64,000 nucleotides of DNA. Source: an uncultured delta proteobacterium. GTDB lineage: Bacteria; Desulfobacterota; Desulfobacteria; Desulfobacterales; JAHEIW01. The DNA lies in the NCBI GenBank assembly GCA_963706575.1, contig CAVPNL010000015.1, positions 256,001 to 320,000 on the forward strand, written 5' to 3'. Numbering within the stretch: the stretch's first letter is position 1; each line of letters begins with the position of its first letter. Shown one piece after another: positions 58,926-64,000 of the stretch. The position numbers and the translations under genes were made by a program. Under the pieces are notes generated by a model, which was not told the DNA's origin, did no database searches, and worked only from the letters and a program-made list of their open reading frames with translations.

Positions 58926-60497
58926 ATGGATGTGATCATTGTCGCAGGCGTGTCAAAAGACCAGGGCAAACAATACAGCGTGTATCGGAATTACCAATTG
59001 ACCCGTCAGGGCAAAGTGATGACCTACACGAATCTCAGGGAGCTATTTGGCTTCTCAGTACCGGATGAGCCCGAGGGTCAAATGCCCTATTTGGCCGGAA
59101 TCTATTTATACAATTACCTGACCCGCAGGGGGCTGCAGTGCGCGCTGATCAACTTCTTGGACCGTCAAATAGGTGACCTCGAGAAACTACTGAGCAATAA
59201 CCCCACCATTATCGCAATATCCACAACCTATCTGAACAGCATCAGGGAAGTCAAGCAGGTCACAGAAACAATTCGGAAGCATGCGCCAGATGTCAAAATT
59301 GTTGTCGGCGGAACGCTGATATTTAATAGTTATGACCTTTACCGGCGAAAGGACACAGATTATGACACAGGCAGTTGCGCGCAAGACTATTTCTTTGTCA
59401 ACGAGGAAAAGCACTTCCGGGAAGACATTGACGTATTCGTGATCGATGAACAGGGCGAATCCACCCTGGCCCAGCTTGCCATGCGTATAAAAGATGGTAA
59501 GGATTACTGCGACCTTTCTAACCTTGCATATTATCGGGACGATCGACTGATAATTACGAATCGCGTGCCGGAGGACAATTCTTTTTCAGAGGATCTGATT
59601 GATTGGGAACAAACACCTCAAGCGTACCTGCATCCGGTTTTTCCAATGCGAGGATCCCGAGGGTGCCCTTACAAATGTGGTTTTTGCAATTTCGGACCGG
59701 GTAGAACATTCAGATTGAAACCGCCGGAAATTTTTTCAAAAGAACTTGCAGCCCTGGTAAACACCGGCATCGTAAAAGTTATCCGCTTCACTGACGACAA
59801 TCTGTTCCTCAACCGGAAACAAGTCGAGATATACTGTCGTCAGATTTTGAAGAGCGCACCAGGAGTTAAATGGACGTCGTTTATTCGTGCCTCTTCGATT
59901 ACGCGGGACAACGTGGCGCTGCTCAAAGACTCGGGTTGCGTGCTCGCCCAAATTGGCATTGAGTCGGGTGATTCTGGAATTTTAAAAGAGATGAATAAAC
60001 GCGCAACACCGGAGATGTATCTTGAAGCCATCGATTTATTGAACGGCCACGGCATCAGTACCCAACTCTACATTATTATCGGATATCCGGGAGAAACCCG
60101 GGAGACCGTTAACAATACCGTGGCACTGCTCAATCAATTTGCGCACGAAGGCCCGGCTATAAATCAGCTGCTTGTTTTCCCCTTTGGGTTTATTCCACTC
60201 TCTCCGGTCTACGAACCAACGACCGCTCGTAAATACGATCTTAGCGGATATATGCAACAGTGGACGCATCAAACAATGACATCCCAGCAAGCAATGGAGC
60301 ACGCTCTAAACATCTATGACCGCGTGCAGAATCTGCACCCAAATTATGGGGTAGAGGAATTTCATCAAATGCAAGGCGCTAAACTCAAGAAAGTGTATCA
60401 GCTGCGCGCAAAGATCCACGCCGCCGAGCGCGCCCATGAACACCAGGACACATTGGACCGACTTTGGGGTGATCTCAAGGCCGTGGTGGCTTCATAA
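58926..60497 (+). CDS. Cobalamin-binding radical SAM protein
   Basis: AISTT and IVVGG (B12-binding-like domain), SRGCPYKCGFC, FTDDN, GIESG and IIGYPGET. Confidence 0.85.
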   Translation: MDVIIVAGVSKDQGKQYSVYRNYQLTRQGKVMTYTNLRELFGFSVPDEPEGQMPYLAGIYLYNYLTRRGLQCALINFLDRQIGDLEKLLSNNPTIIAISTTYLNSIREVKQVTETIRKHAPDVKIVVGGTLIFNSYDLYRRKDTDYDTGSCAQDYFFVNEEKHFREDIDVFVIDEQGESTLAQLAMRIKDGKDYCDLSNLAYYRDDRLIITNRVPEDNSFSEDLIDWEQTPQAYLHPVFPMRGSRGCPYKCGFCNFGPGRTFRLKPPEIFSKELAALVNTGIVKVIRFTDDNLFLNRKQVEIYCRQILKSAPGVKWTSFIRASSITRDNVALLKDSGCVLAQIGIESGDSGILKEMNKRATPEMYLEAIDLLNGHGISTQLYIIIGYPGETRETVNNTVALLNQFAHEGPAINQLLVFPFGFIPLSPVYEPTTARKYDLSGYMQQWTHQTMTSQQAMEHALNIYDRVQNLHPNYGVEEFHQMQGAKLKKVYQLRAKIHAAERAHEHQDTLDRLWGDLKAVVAS

Positions 60498-60570
60498 ATG
60501 GCAAGCCACCTAAGGTGGCGAAAGTGGGCTGTGGCAGCTAAGGCAAGGTTAAAACGAGATTGAGTTTAGA

Positions 60571-61542
60571 TCAGGTCGGTAGCGCAAATTCTGTTGTTTT
60601 GTTGACCGTCATCCGGACAATCCTGCCATCTTCCTCCAGATACCGCAGATGCGAAATCGCTTCTCCGAGGGCAAACCATTTTTGGGCCACCGGAAACTGG
60701 TCCCAGCTCTCACAAGCAATATCCCAGGTCATATGCGCAGCCATTTGAAAGGCGCTCAGCGGGCCTTTTTTCAGAATGGTGAGCACCTCATCTAATCGGT
60801 GGGCATGATGTTTTTTCAACTCCTCGATTCTGGCTTTGGGATCGTCAATCAGACGGCGGTGCCCGGGCAAAACAAGATCGATCGGTAATTGGTAAACCTT
60901 ATCGAGGCTGGCCAGATAATCCTTTAAGGGATTGGCGGTATCCGACCAGCATTGGATGTTGGGCGTTATATCGATCAAGATATGATCGCCGGCCAGTAGA
61001 ATCTTCTTGTCTTGATCATACAGACAGGTGTGCCCCAACGTATGACCGGGGGTTGTGACACATTTGAAATGATAGTCAGCGACATCAATACGATCACCAT
61101 CATCCAAAATCTTCAATTCCGGAATCCAATCAGCGCCATATTTGGCTCCGGGATGCTTATCCAGAGCCGCTTCCAGCTCATTTTCTGGAAAACCACTTCG
61201 CGCGGCATAATCAACCATGGCCCCAAAACCTTCCCAGGATTCCATCAGTTCTTTTTCCGGCCGGCTAAATAGGATGTTGGTGGTATCCGTGGCCAGCTTT
61301 GACACCAGGCCGAAATGATCGGCGTGCAGATGGGTGACAAAAATATCGCTTTGGGCAAGATCAATTCCCAGGGCCGCCAGCCCCTTGTGCATGGCGTCCA
61401 GGCACTCTTTGCGGTTTAAACCCGTATCAACAATGAGGCTTCTTGAAGAATCCTTGATAATATAGGAATTTAGATATTTTAGCGGGCTGTCCGGTAACGG
61501 AATTTTGTTTCGAAACAGACCGGGTAATACTTCTTCACACAT
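60571..61542 (-). CDS. Metallo-beta-lactamase fold hydrolase
   Basis: THLHADH, TPGH, GDH and LPGH. Confidence 0.9.
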   Translation of the reverse strand: MCEEVLPGLFRNKIPLPDSPLKYLNSYIIKDSSRSLIVDTGLNRKECLDAMHKGLAALGIDLAQSDIFVTHLHADHFGLVSKLATDTTNILFSRPEKELMESWEGFGAMVDYAARSGFPENELEAALDKHPGAKYGADWIPELKILDDGDRIDVADYHFKCVTTPGHTLGHTCLYDQDKKILLAGDHILIDITPNIQCWSDTANPLKDYLASLDKVYQLPIDLVLPGHRRLIDDPKARIEELKKHHAHRLDEVLTILKKGPLSAFQMAAHMTWDIACESWDQFPVAQKWFALGEAISHLRYLEEDGRIVRMTVNKTTEFALPT

Positions 61543-61635
61543 AACCTTAATCTTTTTGGGCTGTAAGGATCTTCCGTCATGGGATACTGGTTCCGCGTAT
61601 CAGTAAAGCCGCATGTTGAAGATCATCGTAAACGT

Positions 61636-62580
61636 TTACTTGGCTTTCTTCATCTCGCGACAGGCGTCGGCAATCTTGGCGGCACTGAATCCCAGTGTAT
61701 CGCTCAGATAGGGCACGTCTCCGACCTCCCCGAATCGATCCTGGGCGCCCAATCTTTTGACTTTGGCGGGATAGTTATCGGCCAGCACCTCGCAGACCGC
61801 CCCGCCCAGTCCCCCGATCACATTCTGGTTTTCAGCGGTAACCACGACCCCGGTTTTTTTGACTGATTCCAGCAAGGTATTGACATCAAAGGGTTTAACC
61901 GATGGATAGTGGATATGCTCAACATGAACACCCTCTTGATACAATGATTTAACCGCCTCGAGCGCAAGCTGGGTGGTTAAACCCGTCGTGACCAGGGTGA
62001 CATCTGAACCTTCCGTTAAAACTCGGGCTTTTTGCGGATCAAATTCATAGCTTTCGTCAAATATGGGCGAATGGACCTCTCGAATCAGTTGCATGTATTC
62101 GGGTTTTTTGCTGGCAGCCATATATTTGACCGTGGAGCGAAGTTCATAGACATCCGCAGGGCAGTAAACGCGCATGTTCGGCATGGCACGCATGATCGCC
62201 AGGTCCTGAAAGCACATATGCGTGGCGCCATTTTTGGCGGTTGTGACACCCGGCGCGGTGCCAACGATTTTTACCGGGTTTTCGGCATAGGCAATTGAAA
62301 TCGTGATCTGGTCATAAGCCCGGCGGGTGGCAAAGGGGGTAAACGTGGCACAGAAGGGCACCATCCCCTCGTTTGCCAGACCGGCCGAAATACCGATCAT
62401 GTTGGCTTCGGCAACCCCGACATCGAAAAAACGATCCGGAAACGCTTCCCAGACCCGGGGAACCGTGCCCGATGATTTTCCCAGGTCGGCTTCCAGGCAA
62501 ACGACATTGCTGTTTTCGGTCATCAGTTCAATAAGGGTATCGGTATAGACGACCCTTAATTCTTTCTCGTGTAGCTTCAT
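61636..62580 (-). CDS. Transketolase, C-terminal (pyrimidine-binding) subunit
   Basis: DVGVAEAN, RAYDQ, GATH and GGLG. Confidence 0.9.
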   Translation of the reverse strand: MKLHEKELRVVYTDTLIELMTENSNVVCLEADLGKSSGTVPRVWEAFPDRFFDVGVAEANMIGISAGLANEGMVPFCATFTPFATRRAYDQITISIAYAENPVKIVGTAPGVTTAKNGATHMCFQDLAIMRAMPNMRVYCPADVYELRSTVKYMAASKKPEYMQLIREVHSPIFDESYEFDPQKARVLTEGSDVTLVTTGLTTQLALEAVKSLYQEGVHVEHIHYPSVKPFDVNTLLESVKKTGVVVTAENQNVIGGLGGAVCEVLADNYPAKVKRLGAQDRFGEVGDVPYLSDTLGFSAAKIADACREMKKAK

Positions 62581-63461
62581 TCTTTTTTTCCTTCTGTCCA
62601 GTTAAAATGAAACGGCTCCTCGTCGTCTTCAACGCAGACGCCCCCGATGACCCTTTTGCGCTCGTCCTCATCAGGGATGCTGATGAAATGGCATTCAATG
62701 CGATTCTCGTAGCAGACGTTGCCTTTGGCCTTGACGGTGTGGGCCACAATCATTGCCGGTTTATCTTTGACGGCGATAGCCTTGTTGATGGTATCAAAAA
62801 TCTCCTCCCAATCATGGCCATCCATCTCAAACACCTCCCAGCCAAAGGAGCGCCATTTATCCACCAATGGCTCCAATGACACGATTTTTGCAACTTCAGC
62901 GTCGATTTGCATTTTGTTGTAATCGGTGATGACCACCAGGTTGTCCAGTTTGTGATGGGCCGCAAACATCGCCGCTTCCCATATCTGGCCTTCCTGAGAT
63001 TCACCGTCGCCCACGATGCAAAAGACATTATTGGTTCTTTTCTTAAGTTTGCTGGCCAGAGCAATTCCATTGGCACATGACAACCCCTGCCCCAGCGAGC
63101 CTGCTGTTTGATCAACGCCGGGCGTAATGACCTGGTCCACATGACTCGGCAATTTTGTGCCGTTGGCATTCAAGGTCAGCAGCACGTCTTTGGGGAAATA
63201 GCCCCTGTAGGCCAGCGCGGTATACAGGGTCGGACCGGCATGTCCTTTGGACAAGATAAAACGGTCTCGATCTTCCCAGCGGGGCTCGTCCGGTTTAAGA
63301 TTCATAATTCTGAAATAAAGGCTGATGATAATTTCCACCAGACTGAGGGAGCCGCCAATGTGCCCGCCGCCCGCCCGGCACATGATATCCGTCACAATGT
63401 AGCGAAATTCTTTGGCCAGCTGATCCAACTGGTCCCTGCTCTCGATTTTGTTAATTTCCAT
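62577..63461 (-). CDS. Transketolase, N-terminal subunit
   Basis: GHIGGSLS, DRFILSKGH, GSLGQG and GDGESQEGQIWEA. Confidence 0.92.
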   Translation of the reverse strand: MEINKIESRDQLDQLAKEFRYIVTDIMCRAGGGHIGGSLSLVEIIISLYFRIMNLKPDEPRWEDRDRFILSKGHAGPTLYTALAYRGYFPKDVLLTLNANGTKLPSHVDQVITPGVDQTAGSLGQGLSCANGIALASKLKKRTNNVFCIVGDGESQEGQIWEAAMFAAHHKLDNLVVITDYNKMQIDAEVAKIVSLEPLVDKWRSFGWEVFEMDGHDWEEIFDTINKAIAVKDKPAMIVAHTVKAKGNVCYENRIECHFISIPDEDERKRVIGGVCVEDDEEPFHFNWTEGKKE

Positions 63462-63475
63462 AAAAATCTCCTCGA

Positions 63476-63680
63476 AACTATCTCAAAAATACATCAAAGA
63501 AAGTGCTCTAAAGTTTAAAGTGATCTAAAGTGATCCCGCTACAGCGGGATTGAGGAATTCTATTATTTTTATAAAAAGATGGAGCAAAGCGACACCAAAA
63601 CTTTAGGCACTTTAGCTCACTTTAGTCATTTTAGGCACTCGTTGTTTTCTTGAAGCGTAATCTACTATTCATGAGACAGT
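63476..63680 (+). repeat. Family B repeat copy 3 (63501-63639) with inverted-repeat shell and an embedded mini-hairpin
   Basis: Core GGAATTCT...ATAAAAAGATGGAGCAAAGCGACACCA. Shell ACTATCTCAAAAATA versus reverse complement ACTGTCTCATGAATA. ATCCCGCT-AC-AGCGGGAT at 63533-63550. Confidence 0.85.
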
Positions 63681-63683
63681 ACC

Positions 63684-64000
63684 CTAGACTCCCAGTTCTT
63701 GTTTAAGCCAGGCCTTAACATCGTCATCCAGCGCATACACGCCCTTGAGTTCGCAAACATCTTTTTCAAAACGGTTCGGAAGCTCGAATTCCGCCAACTC
63801 GAGCGCTTCTTCAGAGTTGCGGCGGATCAAATAGATCAAATAGGGCTTGCGCCAGCAATTAACAACAAAATAGGTGGTATAATCACTTTTGGACCGGATG
63901 ACATATTTTCCGCTGCCCCAGTCCGTATTGCCCCATTCCAGATATTGTTTGACGGCCTCTTCAGGCGTCATATCCCATTCAATCTCATTGATTAGGTCGG
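63684..64000 (-). CDS. DVU0772-like conserved protein; 5' end lies outside the window
   Basis: Frame is open to the window edge (DLINEIEWDMTPEEAV..YLEWGN); YFVVNCW, LIRRNS and GVYALD..VKAWL. Confidence 0.7.
   Translation of the reverse strand, partial: DLINEIEWDMTPEEAVKQYLEWGNTDWGSGKYVIRSKSDYTTYFVVNCWRKPYLIYLIRRNSEEALELAEFELPNRFEKDVCELKGVYALDDDVKAWLKQELGV

Noticed and set aside
1..64000. Selenocysteine recoding, tRNA/rRNA genes and riboswitches
   Set aside because: No in-frame TGA at catalytic Cys positions in the redox genes examined, and no such RNA was recognisable by eye. tRNAscan and Infernal scans would be needed to exclude them.

Overview
Gene-dense 64 kb window that looks like a Desulfobacterales-type anaerobic deltaproteobacterium. 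This is inferred from HdrA, an FrhB-like FeS protein, CooS, a tungsten AOR, a DVU0772-like protein and PAS/REC kinases. No rRNA, tRNA, CRISPR array or transposase was seen. From left to right: (1) the end of an hdrA-like gene and an FrhB-like gene; (2) an accessory patch with DUF389, orphan solute-binding proteins, a lipase, an LssY-like protein, a bd oxidase with a small third gene missed by the ORF track, a cyclase-TPR gene and vapBC; (3) a candidate minus-strand small transcript; (4) a ~16.5 kb copper/redox island (16.1-32.6 kb) with three sigma54 promoters. Its first part holds two multicopper oxidases and a TolC. Its last part is the best candidate for an undescribed system: a membrane-anchored CuA protein, a pentaheme cytochrome c, a type-1 cupredoxin, CcdA/TlpA and a CuA domain fused to a NapH/NosR-like polyferredoxin, with no heme-copper oxidase subunit I or NosZ in the window; (5) a two-component/USP cluster and housekeeping genes; (6) a stand-alone cooS, an AOR/acyl-CoA ligase/SCP2/MoaD operon, a B12 radical SAM gene and a split transketolase. 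Intergenic spaces carry many periodic-repeat hairpins, dRS3-like REPs and MITEs, some nested inside one another. Several genes are broken by small, mostly +1 indels that look like sequencing or consensus errors. All family assignments come from motif recognition by eye, not from database searches.
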